Source: an uncultured Candidatus Saccharibacteria bacterium (lineage in GTDB: Bacteria > Patescibacteriota > WWE3 > UBA101185 > 2-01-FULL-41-18). Taken from it: 64,000 nt of DNA. This document shows positions 48,115 through 57,426 of this stretch, piece by piece. A model generated the notes under the pieces. It was not told where the DNA came from and made no database searches. It saw only the letters and a program-made list of their open reading frames with translations. How positions within the stretch are numbered: position 1 is the stretch's first letter; each line of letters starts with the position of its first letter. The stretch covers positions 5,226 to 69,225 of the forward strand of contig CAZWQF010000003.1 of the NCBI GenBank assembly GCA_964636285.1. Reading direction: 5' to 3'. The translations under genes and the position numbers were made by a program.

Positions 48115-48483
48115 TTGTTACAAACAAACCTGTCTTCTAGCGGGAACCCTGCCACTTTTTTCATTCATTTTACTAGAATAGGAGACACAAAAATGAGTGC
48201 GCATGAGTATACGGTTGGTGACCTGATGAAACTACTCCAACACTGGATGAATAACCCGCGATTGATTCCAGCAGAACTCACACAGCCCGGACTGGACCTG
48301 GTATTCGCATACATCTACGGAATTGCAACATTAAAGGGCAAGTCGCAGAGCCCTGTTACCCTCAGCGATTTCAGGAAACTTGTCGAACAGGTGCTGGCAC
48401 AAAAACCAAATCTGCATGACGGAGTTACTGAGGAAGCGATCAAGGAGGCTGGTAAAATCCTGAACGGAGACTACCTGAAATAG
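48115..48483 (+). CDS. hypothetical protein in a GC-rich islet (likely true start ATG 48193 after RBS AGGAG)
   Basis: Codon usage (CTG, CCG, GCG-rich) differs sharply from the host genes. A strong intrinsic terminator follows. Confidence 0.5.
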   Translation: MLQTNLSSSGNPATFFIHFTRIGDTKMSAHEYTVGDLMKLLQHWMNNPRLIPAELTQPGLDLVFAYIYGIATLKGKSQSPVTLSDFRKLVEQVLAQKPNLHDGVTEEAIKEAGKILNGDYLK

Positions 48484-48506
48484 AAGGTCGTAACGCATCC
48501 TAATTA

Positions 48507-48541
48507 ATACCGCCCGACTGGCCCATCGAGCGGTATTTTTT
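48507..48541 (+). terminator. rho-independent terminator
   Basis: ATACCGC...GCGGTAT stem followed by TTTTTT. Confidence 0.55.
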
Positions 48542-48562
48542 CCTCAATAAACACTATATAAT

Positions 48563-49588
48563 TTGATTAATCCGATGACACAAACTAAAAATATTCTTGA
48601 AAAACTAAATTCGGGATTTATGAAAAGAGGTTTAAACAAACTGGAGTCAGAATTAATTTCAGAACATTTAGTGCGAGCAGAATTGATGGGCAAAAGAGCG
48701 CACGGGATAATGAAGGCTTTCATGATGGATGACGCCATTTCAGCTAGGGAGGGCAAGCCTGAAATAATTAAAGACAAACATAATTATGCAAAAATCGACG
48801 CCCATAAAGAACTTGGAATTTTATCCGCGGATTTTGCGGTTAAAGTGCTACTTAATAAGGCATCTAAATTTGATAATGCCGTAGTAGCCACTATTAATTC
48901 GTATTATTACACTATAGCCGGAATTTATGCCAAACAAATTGCAGATGCAGGTTATGTGGGAATTGTTCTTAATAATGGGGGACCTGCCACAATTGCCCCG
49001 TACGGTGGAATTGATTGTTTATTCGGAACAAATCCCGTTGCTATTGGTATACCATATTCTAAGGGCTCAATTGTCCTTGATATGACAACTGGAGAAAGGC
49101 CATGGAGCGATGTGATACTAGCTAAAGCAGAAAATAGAAAACTTGAGGAGGGGCCGTTTTTAGACTCTCAAGGGAAAGTAACGACAGACCCATCAACTGT
49201 AAATGCAATAATACCTTTTGGAGGGTATAAAGGAGCAGGGCTTAATTTTATGTTCGAAATTTTAACAGGGGCATTTGTAAGCGCAAAAATGGGGCTAAGG
49301 TCAGTTGATGGTTATGATCTTGGATTTTTATTTATGGCATTTTCGCCTGAAATGTTTTCAACTAAAGAGAGGTTTGATGTGGAGGTAGGGGAACTTGTAC
49401 TTCAGATTAAAAGCTCAAGAAAAATGAAGGGGGTTAACGAGATATTTCTGCCAGGGGAGAGTTCGGAAAGAAAATATAAGAAAAGTATGGAGCTTGGAGA
49501 AGTTGAGGTAAGTCAGGAGATTCTTGCAAAGCTTGAGGAGTTTGAAGCAGGAGAAAATCTTAAAGAAAAATATAGCTTTAAAGAGTGA
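48563..49588 (+). CDS. Ldh_2 family (malate/L-lactate/sulfolactate-type) dehydrogenase
   Basis: ELMGKRAHGI, VLNNGGPATIAPYGG, LFGTNPVAIGIP, GGYKGAGLNFMFEILTG. Confidence 0.7.
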   Translation: MINPMTQTKNILEKLNSGFMKRGLNKLESELISEHLVRAELMGKRAHGIMKAFMMDDAISAREGKPEIIKDKHNYAKIDAHKELGILSADFAVKVLLNKASKFDNAVVATINSYYYTIAGIYAKQIADAGYVGIVLNNGGPATIAPYGGIDCLFGTNPVAIGIPYSKGSIVLDMTTGERPWSDVILAKAENRKLEEGPFLDSQGKVTTDPSTVNAIIPFGGYKGAGLNFMFEILTGAFVSAKMGLRSVDGYDLGFLFMAFSPEMFSTKERFDVEVGELVLQIKSSRKMKGVNEIFLPGESSERKYKKSMELGEVEVSQEILAKLEEFEAGENLKEKYSFKE

Positions 49589-49676
49589 TCGATTAACTCC
49601 AGCCAAATCTTCTAATAAGTGTTAAAATCTGCGTTAACATTTTAAGTACGCTATAGTCAAAGGAAAGCTCAAACTC

Positions 49677-50042
49677 ATGAGCAATACACCAACATTCACA
49701 ATTGGCCAGTACCTAGCATGGTTTAAACAGCCTTACGAGATCAGGCTGGATTCTCAGTCTCAAAGAGCTCTAGGAAGCAAAACCTTACCCGATGGCGTGA
49801 GAGTAGGAATTATCACTACGCTGGAAACGGCATTTGAACGCGGGGTTTCAGAGAACCTTAGCATAACAGAATTCTTAAGACACCCTCTATTTCCAGAGTG
49901 CATTCTGGTAATTCAAGACCAAAATGTTCAAGGGTTTGCAAGACTAACCTTTGTGCTGATGGGTCAGCTTAAGAAAAAATGGGACAGGACAAAGATTGAG
50001 GCAAGAGAAAAAGATACTGGAAGGTGGATGAGCGATAAATAG
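49677..50042 (+). CDS. hypothetical protein, GC-rich
   Basis: ORF with atypical composition, followed by a strong terminator. Confidence 0.45.
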   Translation: MSNTPTFTIGQYLAWFKQPYEIRLDSQSQRALGSKTLPDGVRVGIITTLETAFERGVSENLSITEFLRHPLFPECILVIQDQNVQGFARLTFVLMGQLKKKWDRTKIEAREKDTGRWMSDK

Positions 50043-50051
50043 CGCTTATAG

Positions 50052-50086
50052 CGCCGTTTGACTTAACATCAGACGGCGTTTTTTTT
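50052..50086 (+). terminator. rho-independent terminator
   Basis: CGCCGTTTGA-cttaaca-TCAGACGGCG stem (one mismatch) followed by T8. Confidence 0.6.
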
Positions 50087-50240
50087 ATTTTAGAACAGTT
50101 ATATTCGAAGAGGTCTACAAGGGTTTGTGAACTCCTTGGCTCAGTAAGAAGAGTATTTGTGGCTGAATGATACCGCAGTAGCTTTGCTAGCAAAAGCGTA
50201 CTGGAAGTTATTCCTTTTTTCATTTACAATCTCTATGTTT

Positions 50241-50316
50241 GCGCCCGTAGCTCAACGGATAGAGCAGTTCCCTTCTAAGGAAAAGGTTGCAGGTTCGATT
50301 CCTACCGGGCGCACCA
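50241..50316 (+). tRNA. tRNA-Arg (anticodon UCU), CCA encoded
   Basis: Acceptor GCGCCCG/CGGGCGC, D-stem GCTC/GAGC, anticodon loop CTTCTAA, T-loop TTCGATT. Confidence 0.8.
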
Positions 50317-50350
50317 TAAAAGTCTTACCTGCAGCTCGCATGCTATGTAT

Positions 50351-50439
50351 GCCGAGGTGGTGGAACTGGCAGACACCCGAGACTTAAAATCTCGTGCCTA
50401 GCAATAGGCGTGCGGGTTCGATTCCCGCCCTCGGCACCA
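50351..50439 (+). tRNA. tRNA-Leu (anticodon UAA), long variable arm, CCA encoded
   Basis: Acceptor GCCGAGG/CCTCGGC; D-arm TGGTGGAACTGGCAGACAC; anticodon stem-loop CCGAGA-CTTAAAA-TCTCG; long extra arm; T-arm GCGGGTTCGATTCCCGC. Confidence 0.85.
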
Positions 50440-50461
50440 AAAATTAAGGTATAATTGATTC

Positions 50462-51166
50462 GTGCTTTTTGGATTCTCAAAAAAAATTAAGGTCATCCTC
50501 TTTGTACTTTTACTTCTCATCACAGTTGGAGCAGGTAATAATATTGCAAAATCCATAAATACGAACGTTGCAAAACTACCAAAGGAGCTTGAAACCCAGC
50601 ATAAGTTCTTAAAATGGATTAACAGGTGGAAGGAAAGATTTCCTCAAATTGGAGCCGATTCGTTTAAAGCAGTTGATGACGGAGAAATATTCTCGTCCAC
50701 AAACCCTAGATTTACATACGAAGCTTTCAATCAAGAAAGAGTAGCGCAAGAAGTTAAAACAGCTGACGAATTAGATTCAAAGTATATAGTTATTGCTCCT
50801 GACAAACTTCAATTTGTGGATTTTAGGAGGTATTTTTTGGAAACAAAGGAGGCCTCATCTTCATATGTCTATTACTATGGAAAAAGGCAGAATGATACAA
50901 CAATTTTTGGCCCATTGTTTGAATGCAAAAGAACCAATTGCTGGTTTGATAGAGTTTTTTTTGAAAATCCTGATTTAGCGTATATTCCAGAGGTAAGAGA
51001 AAAGATTTATGCTGAAGAGCCTGATAGATGCTTACTTAAAAAAATATGTTCATACGAACTATATCTTCACGAATTTGATTTTAAGAAAAATAAAAGAACA
51101 AGCTATGTATCAGATCAGCTCTTAACAGATTTTGAAAAGATTCAAAAAACTCTTGAGGATTATTAA
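50462..51166 (+). CDS. secreted hypothetical protein
   Basis: Signal/anchor helix VILFVLLLLITVGAG. Confidence 0.45.
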   Translation: MLFGFSKKIKVILFVLLLLITVGAGNNIAKSINTNVAKLPKELETQHKFLKWINRWKERFPQIGADSFKAVDDGEIFSSTNPRFTYEAFNQERVAQEVKTADELDSKYIVIAPDKLQFVDFRRYFLETKEASSSYVYYYGKRQNDTTIFGPLFECKRTNCWFDRVFFENPDLAYIPEVREKIYAEEPDRCLLKKICSYELYLHEFDFKKNKRTSYVSDQLLTDFEKIQKTLEDY

Positions 51167-52326
51167 AAAATAGTTTCCAAAAGTAGATAATATTTATAGT
51201 TAAATCCAAGTTCTAAAATGTCATTAAATGTAAGTGAAGATAGTTGGTTTGCAACAATATCGCGAGCAAAGTCAAAAGGGAAATGATAGAAAAGGTTTGC
51301 AAAAATTCTTGAAGTTTTCCAGCTATTTCCAACATATTTGTTTACTGCGTTATTGTAATCAGTAAGATCATAGATATTTTGGTCATATGCTTCCTTTATT
51401 GCCTTGGCACACATTCTACCAGTCTCTAAAGCGTGCCTTATACCTTCCGCAAACATAGGATTACACATATTTATTGCATCCCCAGTTAACGCATAACCTC
51501 CAACAGAAGGAACTGGCCTTCCTGAGGTCAAGAATAGAGTCCCACCGTGCCTCTCCAAGATCTCATATTCGGTACCAATAACTGTTTTTGTGAATGCCTC
51601 AAGTTCAGAATTAAGACTATTTCCAGTAAGATGTGAATCAACATTATTACTATTTACATCATATTTTATTACTCCAACCTTATAAATACCTTCGCCAAAA
51701 GGGAACACCCACCCATAACCGTGTTGAAAATATTTTTTGCCAACATGAATTGTTAAATTATTTTTATAAAATTCCGGAACTTTTCCTTTGATGATTATTT
51801 CCTCTCCAACGGTTTTATTGGATTTAACATTCTTTTTAATCCCTATTTTTGAACTAAGTGACGTGTCGTGGGAAGTACCATCTACAACAAAGCTAGATGT
51901 GATTGTTTTAACCTCAGAGTCTTTTGTATAAGTGATTTGGTATTTTTTTCTTTCATCTATTTTTATGTCTGAAGCATGTGCTCCGTAAATTACTTCGCCT
52001 CCAGCATTTATTATCTTTTCCGAAATTGAATTTTTGAATTTTCTAAAGTCTAGTACATACCCGCCCTTTTTTTGGCCTTTGAAAAGTGCTGTTTTTCTTG
52101 TGGAAAGAAAAGCTATTTTGTCAAAATAATCGACTACACATGAATCTTCGATCTCAAACTTGTCTTTTGTGAAGTAGGGGATGCCACATGTTGAGTAATT
52201 TGGGTCACCAGGGGACTCAACTCTTTCTAGAACTACAACTTTGAGTCCTGACTTAACAAGATCTAGGGCACACTGAAGTCCAGACGGACCTCCTCCAACT
52301 ACAACAACATCGCAGGTTTCTAGCAT
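51163..52326 (-). CDS. geranylgeranyl reductase family FAD-dependent oxidoreductase
   Basis: Dinucleotide-binding CDVVVVGGGPSGLQCALDL; architecture like GGR/FixC. Confidence 0.65.
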   Translation of the reverse strand: MLETCDVVVVGGGPSGLQCALDLVKSGLKVVVLERVESPGDPNYSTCGIPYFTKDKFEIEDSCVVDYFDKIAFLSTRKTALFKGQKKGGYVLDFRKFKNSISEKIINAGGEVIYGAHASDIKIDERKKYQITYTKDSEVKTITSSFVVDGTSHDTSLSSKIGIKKNVKSNKTVGEEIIIKGKVPEFYKNNLTIHVGKKYFQHGYGWVFPFGEGIYKVGVIKYDVNSNNVDSHLTGNSLNSELEAFTKTVIGTEYEILERHGGTLFLTSGRPVPSVGGYALTGDAINMCNPMFAEGIRHALETGRMCAKAIKEAYDQNIYDLTDYNNAVNKYVGNSWKTSRIFANLFYHFPFDFARDIVANQLSSLTFNDILELGFNYKYYLLLETIF

Positions 52327-52382
52327 ATGTATCTATACTACTCGTGTTAAGAGATGAATTTCAAGAAGCTGAAGAGGTCTAT

Positions 52383-52459
52383 TGGTCGGGGTAAGAGGAC
52401 TCGAACCTCTGACTTCTACGTCCCAAACGTAGCGCTCTAGCCAACTGAGCTATACCCCG
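52383..52459 (-). tRNA. tRNA-Pro (anticodon UGG), CCA encoded; second, sequence-distinct tRNA-Pro(UGG) gene in the window
   Basis: Reverse complement is CGGGGTATAGCTCAGTTGGCTAGAGCGCTACGTTTGGGACGTAGAAGTCAGAGGTTCGAGTCCTCTTACCCCGACCA; it folds with all four stems. Confidence 0.8.
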
Positions 52460-52489
52460 AAACAAGCAAAAGAATTCTAGCACAGTAAG

Positions 52490-53530
52490 CTACTTTTTTG
52501 TAAATTTGGCTATAAAAAAGCCTTCAAATGTGCCGTTTGGCATGATTCGTGCGGTTTTTTCTACCCTTGAATCAAAGCAATACTGTTTATAAGTTTTGAA
52601 GGGTTCAAGCATGGAGACAGACCGTTGTGATGCACCCTCTAACTTTAAAGCAAGCTCGCAAATTTCAATTTCCGGAACTTTACTTAAGAGCCAATCAACA
52701 ACTGCTTCGTTTTCCATTGGGTTATATGTACATGTTGAATAAACTAATGTCCCACCTGGTTTTAACATTCTAGCTCCAGTGATCAAAACTCCTTTTTGCA
52801 CTCTTGAAAGATCCTTGTATTTTTTTGGGTTCCAAAACTCCAAACTTTTTCTGTCGGATAAATTGAATCTTGATTCGTTTGTGCAAGGTGCGTCCACTAA
52901 AACCGAATCAAAGAAATTTATATATTCGGGGTATTTTTTATCAAGCCCTATAGAATCTGATAAAAATAACCTTTTAATATCAACTCCGTTGTCTTCCAAA
53001 TTGGCTTTTAACGAAAAGAATCTAGGCTTAAACTTCTCAACAGCAAAAACGTTTGCCTTGTTTTCTGTAACCGAAGCAATCATGGTTGTCTTACTACCAG
53101 GAGCTGCGCAGACATCAAGTATTGAGGTTTCAGCCTTTGGTGAAAGTTCAAACACAGAAAGCATGCTTGAAGGGTTTTGAATGTAAATTTCATGTTCAAG
53201 AAATTCTTTGGTCTTTGAGAGTATGAGTCCGCCTTGCCCCTCTCTTTTACTTAGCACATAAAATGCATAAACCTCATTTACTGACTCTTCTATTGTCACT
53301 ACTTGGACACCGTTTTTTTCCAAAAAGTACGGCTCAAAGTCAAAGCCTTGTGCAATTACGTTATGGAGTAAGGTTAGTCTTTCCTGAGCTGTTTTAACCT
53401 TAAGGTAATTGATTCTGAAGCTCAGAAGCGAATCTTTAGACATGGATGTAGCAATACATACCCCTTCGTCACCAAAGAGTTCATTCAAATAGGCCTTAAA
53501 AAGTTGTACCCGATCAATCTGAGCTTTCAC
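52490..53530 (-). CDS. RsmB/NOL1/NOP2/Sun-family RNA cytosine-C5 methyltransferase
   Basis: Motif IV VDAPCT and motif VI TLVYSTCT, with the two catalytic Cys. Confidence 0.8.
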   Translation of the reverse strand: MKAQIDRVQLFKAYLNELFGDEGVCIATSMSKDSLLSFRINYLKVKTAQERLTLLHNVIAQGFDFEPYFLEKNGVQVVTIEESVNEVYAFYVLSKREGQGGLILSKTKEFLEHEIYIQNPSSMLSVFELSPKAETSILDVCAAPGSKTTMIASVTENKANVFAVEKFKPRFFSLKANLEDNGVDIKRLFLSDSIGLDKKYPEYINFFDSVLVDAPCTNESRFNLSDRKSLEFWNPKKYKDLSRVQKGVLITGARMLKPGGTLVYSTCTYNPMENEAVVDWLLSKVPEIEICELALKLEGASQRSVSMLEPFKTYKQYCFDSRVEKTARIMPNGTFEGFFIAKFTKK

Positions 53531-53642
53531 AAAAGCATTATATGATACGAATTGAAACTTAGCATTTAATCAGAGCTACCTGGTTCTCTTTGTTTAAACA
53601 GTCAGTGAGGTATAATAAAGTAAATAAACAGAAAGTAACTTT

Positions 53643-54077
53643 ATGATGTTTGAAATTTTCTTAATCATTTGTGGATTAATAATTGGCCTTGGAGCAGTGA
53701 CAGTAATAGACATACACGGATTCTTAGGACAAAAATCCAAGTACTGGACAGAAGCTACAACTAGAACTCATAAAGTTACTAAACCTCTTATCTGGATTGG
53801 AACAATTGTATATTTTATAGGAGCAATACTTTTCTATTCAAGACTTCATAGTTTTCTGGTACTTCCCATTACGGGAATGTTTATTCTCATGACGGTAAAT
53901 GGACTTTTTTTATCATTCTATGTAAGTCCACGTTTGTTAAAAAGGGAACAGGAGGGAAAAGCATCAGAATTACTAGATAGTTCTATGCAAATCAAAATTA
54001 AGATAAGCTTTATCTGTTCGTTTTTACTTTGGTGGAGTCAGGTAATTTTATTTGCTTATAAGATTTCAGGTAATTAA
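53643..54077 (+). CDS. hypothetical membrane protein
   Basis: Four hydrophobic helices. Confidence 0.4.
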   Translation: MMFEIFLIICGLIIGLGAVTVIDIHGFLGQKSKYWTEATTRTHKVTKPLIWIGTIVYFIGAILFYSRLHSFLVLPITGMFILMTVNGLFLSFYVSPRLLKREQEGKASELLDSSMQIKIKISFICSFLLWWSQVILFAYKISGN

Positions 54078-55339
54078 TGTTTTTTGACGAAGCAAGAGCC
54101 AGAAAACTAAATGACAAAGAAGTATCAAATGAAGGGCAGGTTATCTACTGGATGAGTAGAGATCAAAGAGTTCATGGAAATTGGGCACTGAATAAAAGTA
54201 TAAATCTTTCTAAGGAGCTAAGCAGAGAGCTAACAGTTATTTTTTGTAAAACTTCAAACTTTTTAAATGCTCAGAGCTCACAATTTGATTTTATGGAAAA
54301 AGGCCTCCTTGAAGTTAAGGAAAACTTTAAAGAACTTGGAATTAATTTTGAGATTCTAATTGGAAATCCAGATCAAGAAGTTATTAAGTACCAGGAAGCA
54401 AATAAAGCATCGGTAATTGTGACCGACTTCTCACCACTCAAAATTGGAAGGGAATGGAGAAAAAAAGTTGCAAAAGAGGTAACCTGCCAAGTGCTAGAAG
54501 TAGATGCTCATAATATTATCCCAGCATTTTATGTATCAGATAAGCTTGAATACGGGGCATATACACTAAGACCAAAGATTCGTAAGCTGTTAGAAAGATT
54601 TTTTACCAAAATTCCTGAATTTCCAATAAAAAATAATTCTGAAGCAAATTCGGTTTTAAAAAATTTCCTTAACGAGAAACTAGCTCAATACGCTGATAAC
54701 AGAAACCTCCCAGAAATGTCTGCCCAGTCCAACCTCTCGGCATATATCCACTTTGGAAATATTTCATCACAGGAAATTGCTTTAGTGGCTAACAAACTTG
54801 TAAAAAATAAGCCTGAGTTGAAAGAATCATTTGATGCTTTTTTTGAACAGCTAGTTGTAAGAAAAGAGCTTGCCGATAACTTTTGTTTGTACAACCAAAA
54901 CTATGATTCATTTGAAGGGTTTAATACCTGGGCAAAAATATCATTACTTAAACACCAAAGCGACCATAGGGAACCTATTTATTCTCTTGAAGAATTTGAA
55001 AATGCAAAAACACACGATGACCTTTGGAATGCTGGGCAGTGTGAGATGGCTAAAACGGGAAAAATGCACGGATATATGAGAATGTACTGGGCAAAGAAAA
55101 TCCTTGAATGGACTAAAGATCCTAGAGAAGCAATGAGCGTTGCAGTTTATTTAAATGACAAGTATGAACTAGATGGTAGAGATCCAAATGGATACGCAGG
55201 AATTGCTTGGGCAATTGGGGGAACGCATGACAGGCCATGGTTTGAGAGACCAATTTATGGACAAATCAGATATATGAATAGAGGAGGCTGTGATAAGAAA
55301 TTCGATACAAAATCCTATATCAATAAGTTTTTGAACTAA
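54077..55339 (+). CDS. deoxyribodipyrimidine photolyase, class II CPD type
   Basis: C-terminal FAD-binding block GKMHGYMRMYWAKKILEW ... DPNGYAGIAWAIGG is characteristic of class II photolyases. Confidence 0.75.
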   Translation: MFFDEARARKLNDKEVSNEGQVIYWMSRDQRVHGNWALNKSINLSKELSRELTVIFCKTSNFLNAQSSQFDFMEKGLLEVKENFKELGINFEILIGNPDQEVIKYQEANKASVIVTDFSPLKIGREWRKKVAKEVTCQVLEVDAHNIIPAFYVSDKLEYGAYTLRPKIRKLLERFFTKIPEFPIKNNSEANSVLKNFLNEKLAQYADNRNLPEMSAQSNLSAYIHFGNISSQEIALVANKLVKNKPELKESFDAFFEQLVVRKELADNFCLYNQNYDSFEGFNTWAKISLLKHQSDHREPIYSLEEFENAKTHDDLWNAGQCEMAKTGKMHGYMRMYWAKKILEWTKDPREAMSVAVYLNDKYELDGRDPNGYAGIAWAIGGTHDRPWFERPIYGQIRYMNRGGCDKKFDTKSYINKFLN

Positions 55340-55363
55340 CTCTTTTAATGATAAAATGCTTGA

Positions 55364-56065
55364 ATGTTTCCACTTAAAGATAGCCAACCCTCAGGAACTT
55401 TCCCAATTATTACAATTCTTTTAATTGCATCTTGTGCGGTTGTTCTTTTTTTGCAATTAACAGTTCAAGACCCTGAGGCATTTATCCTCAAGTGGGCACT
55501 TGTTCCAAACAAAGTTAACTTTTTTGATTTAACAACACTTGTCCCATTTTTTACAAGTATGTTCATGCATGGTGGATTGATGCATTTTGCATCAAATATG
55601 TGGTACTTGTGGATTTTTGGAGATAACGTTGAAGGAGCTCTTGGTAAAGTTAAGTTTCTTCTCTTCTATATTGGGGCAGGACTCTTTGCAGGCCTTGCAC
55701 AATATGTTCTTGTCTTAAACAGTAGTATTCCCAATCTAGGGGCAAGCGGAGCAATAGCAGGAGTCCTAGGTTTTTACCTAGTAAACTTTAATAAAAGCAC
55801 AGTAAAAACGATCATCCCGTATCCGTACTTAACTATCACAGAACTCCCTTCGACTTTTATATTATCTACCTGGTTCTTTTTACAACTTTTAAGTGGTGCA
55901 GCAAGCTTACCTTTTGCTGGTGAGTCGGGAGGAGTAGCCTGGTGGGCTCATATTGGAGGGTTTGCATTTGGCTATTTGGTAGGACAGCTCTACAAACGAA
56001 CAAGAAGAATCCAAGAAGTAACACCATTTGATAGGTTTGTGAATTTTCAGAACCCTAGATTCTAG
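55364..56065 (+). CDS. rhomboid family intramembrane serine protease
   Basis: GASGAIAGV (GxSG) in TM4 and WAHIGGF (His) in TM6. Confidence 0.75.
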   Translation: MFPLKDSQPSGTFPIITILLIASCAVVLFLQLTVQDPEAFILKWALVPNKVNFFDLTTLVPFFTSMFMHGGLMHFASNMWYLWIFGDNVEGALGKVKFLLFYIGAGLFAGLAQYVLVLNSSIPNLGASGAIAGVLGFYLVNFNKSTVKTIIPYPYLTITELPSTFILSTWFFLQLLSGAASLPFAGESGGVAWWAHIGGFAFGYLVGQLYKRTRRIQEVTPFDRFVNFQNPRF

Positions 56066-56112
56066 CCAAAAGTGGAAATTGCGCTAAGGTTCTGATATGA
56101 TTATTTCATTCA

Positions 56113-56784
56113 ATGAAACTGCTCAGAAATAAACCACTTATACTTGTAATTTGGATGCTTTCCACGTATGTAGTAACTGCAGCATCCCTTTTATATTTAA
56201 TCTCACGAAATCAAAAAACTGAAGATATAGTGTACTCCGTATTTGAAGCCAAACCTCCTGTAAGCATCACGGCGGAGGATTCGTTGGAAGGGGAAGATAC
56301 AAGAGCAGCAATAATTGATCAGTACTTTGCCAAGCACAAATGCCCAATGGCAGGCACAGGGAAACTTATGGTTGCAGCCGCAGATAAGTACGGCTTTGAT
56401 TATTGGTGGTTACCCGCAATTGCGTGGCAAGAGTCAACATGCGGAAAAGTAATGCCTAACAACTCATACAACGCATGGGGATATGGAATTTACGGCACAA
56501 AAGTCACAAGATTTGCAAGCTGGGATGAAGCCGTTGAAACAATTGCAAGAGATCTTTCTAAAAACTTTTTTGCTAAAGGACTTATTGAGCCTTGTGATGT
56601 GATGAAGAGGTACACACCTCCATCCAAGGGTAGTTGGTGTAAAGGCATAATTTTCTTTAGAGACGAAATGCTTAGCTTTAAGACTCCTGATGAAGGCACC
56701 AGGCCTGCTAAAAACATTCGAGAGTACCTTTTAAGTAAGGCAGAAGAGGAAGAAACAAAAGAAACTACAAAGTCTACTAAGTAA
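56113..56784 (+). CDS. membrane-anchored hypothetical protein, possibly a peptidoglycan hydrolase-like (AWQEST motif)
   Basis: N-terminal TM; LPAIAWQESTCG weakly resembles lytic transglycosylase ES motifs. Confidence 0.4.
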   Translation: MKLLRNKPLILVIWMLSTYVVTAASLLYLISRNQKTEDIVYSVFEAKPPVSITAEDSLEGEDTRAAIIDQYFAKHKCPMAGTGKLMVAAADKYGFDYWWLPAIAWQESTCGKVMPNNSYNAWGYGIYGTKVTRFASWDEAVETIARDLSKNFFAKGLIEPCDVMKRYTPPSKGSWCKGIIFFRDEMLSFKTPDEGTRPAKNIREYLLSKAEEEETKETTKSTK

Positions 56785-56838
56785 CCTAAAAACAAGAAAT
56801 TCAATATAAAATTATGATAATATAGGCATGTTTGGTTG

Positions 56839-56930
56839 GCCGGGATGGCGGAACTGGCAGACGCGTTGGGCTTAGAACCCAATGGAGCTTAAACAACTCC
56901 GTGGGAGTTCGATTCTCCCTTCCGGCACCA
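56839..56930 (+). tRNA. tRNA-Leu (anticodon UAG), long variable arm, CCA encoded
   Basis: Acceptor GCCGGGA/TTCCGGC (one G-U), anticodon stem-loop TTGGG-CTTAGAA-CCCAA, long extra arm, T-arm GGGAGTTCGATTCTCCC. Confidence 0.8.
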
Positions 56931-56937
56931 AATAAAT

Positions 56938-57357
56938 TTAAGCTAGGTCTAGTTCCCAGAGAGTGTTAGCAAACGACTTAATTCCACTATAAATCCAATA
57001 TAAGATTAAAAATACTTGGATACCCATGGCTATTTTGGTGTTGGTGTCTGTTCGTTCAGAAAGCAGTTGAAGATATGACCATGAAATTGTTGCGTAAGAA
57101 AAATAGATTGCCCCAGCTAACAGGAATAGTGAAATCAGCTTAAACATAAAGGGCTGATCAAGAAAGTTCTGTAGCAAAAAATCTATAAGAACTAGAAGGA
57201 TTGAGACCCCAAAAAGCCCCGACACCACATAAACTTGGGCCATAAATCCGATTTTGTTTAAGAAAAAAGCAATGAGGGTGTAAGGAAGCAGAATTAAAAA
57301 GACCTTAACAATAGGCTTTAGAGCTTCTTCCCATAATATGATCTGTTCTTCTGACAT
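56938..57357 (-). CDS. hypothetical membrane protein
   Basis: Four hydrophobic helices. Confidence 0.4.
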   Translation of the reverse strand: MSEEQIILWEEALKPIVKVFLILLPYTLIAFFLNKIGFMAQVYVVSGLFGVSILLVLIDFLLQNFLDQPFMFKLISLFLLAGAIYFSYATISWSYLQLLSERTDTNTKIAMGIQVFLILYWIYSGIKSFANTLWELDLA

Positions 57358-57426
57358 ACAGGCTTATTATTTCACAAAGGCTCGTTAGTGTGAAGCTTAA
57401 AGCATTTATGCTAAAATATCGCGGTT

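Noticed and set aside
50157-50387. 76-aa plus-strand ORF
   Set aside because: It runs straight through tRNA-Arg and into tRNA-Leu, so it is not coding.
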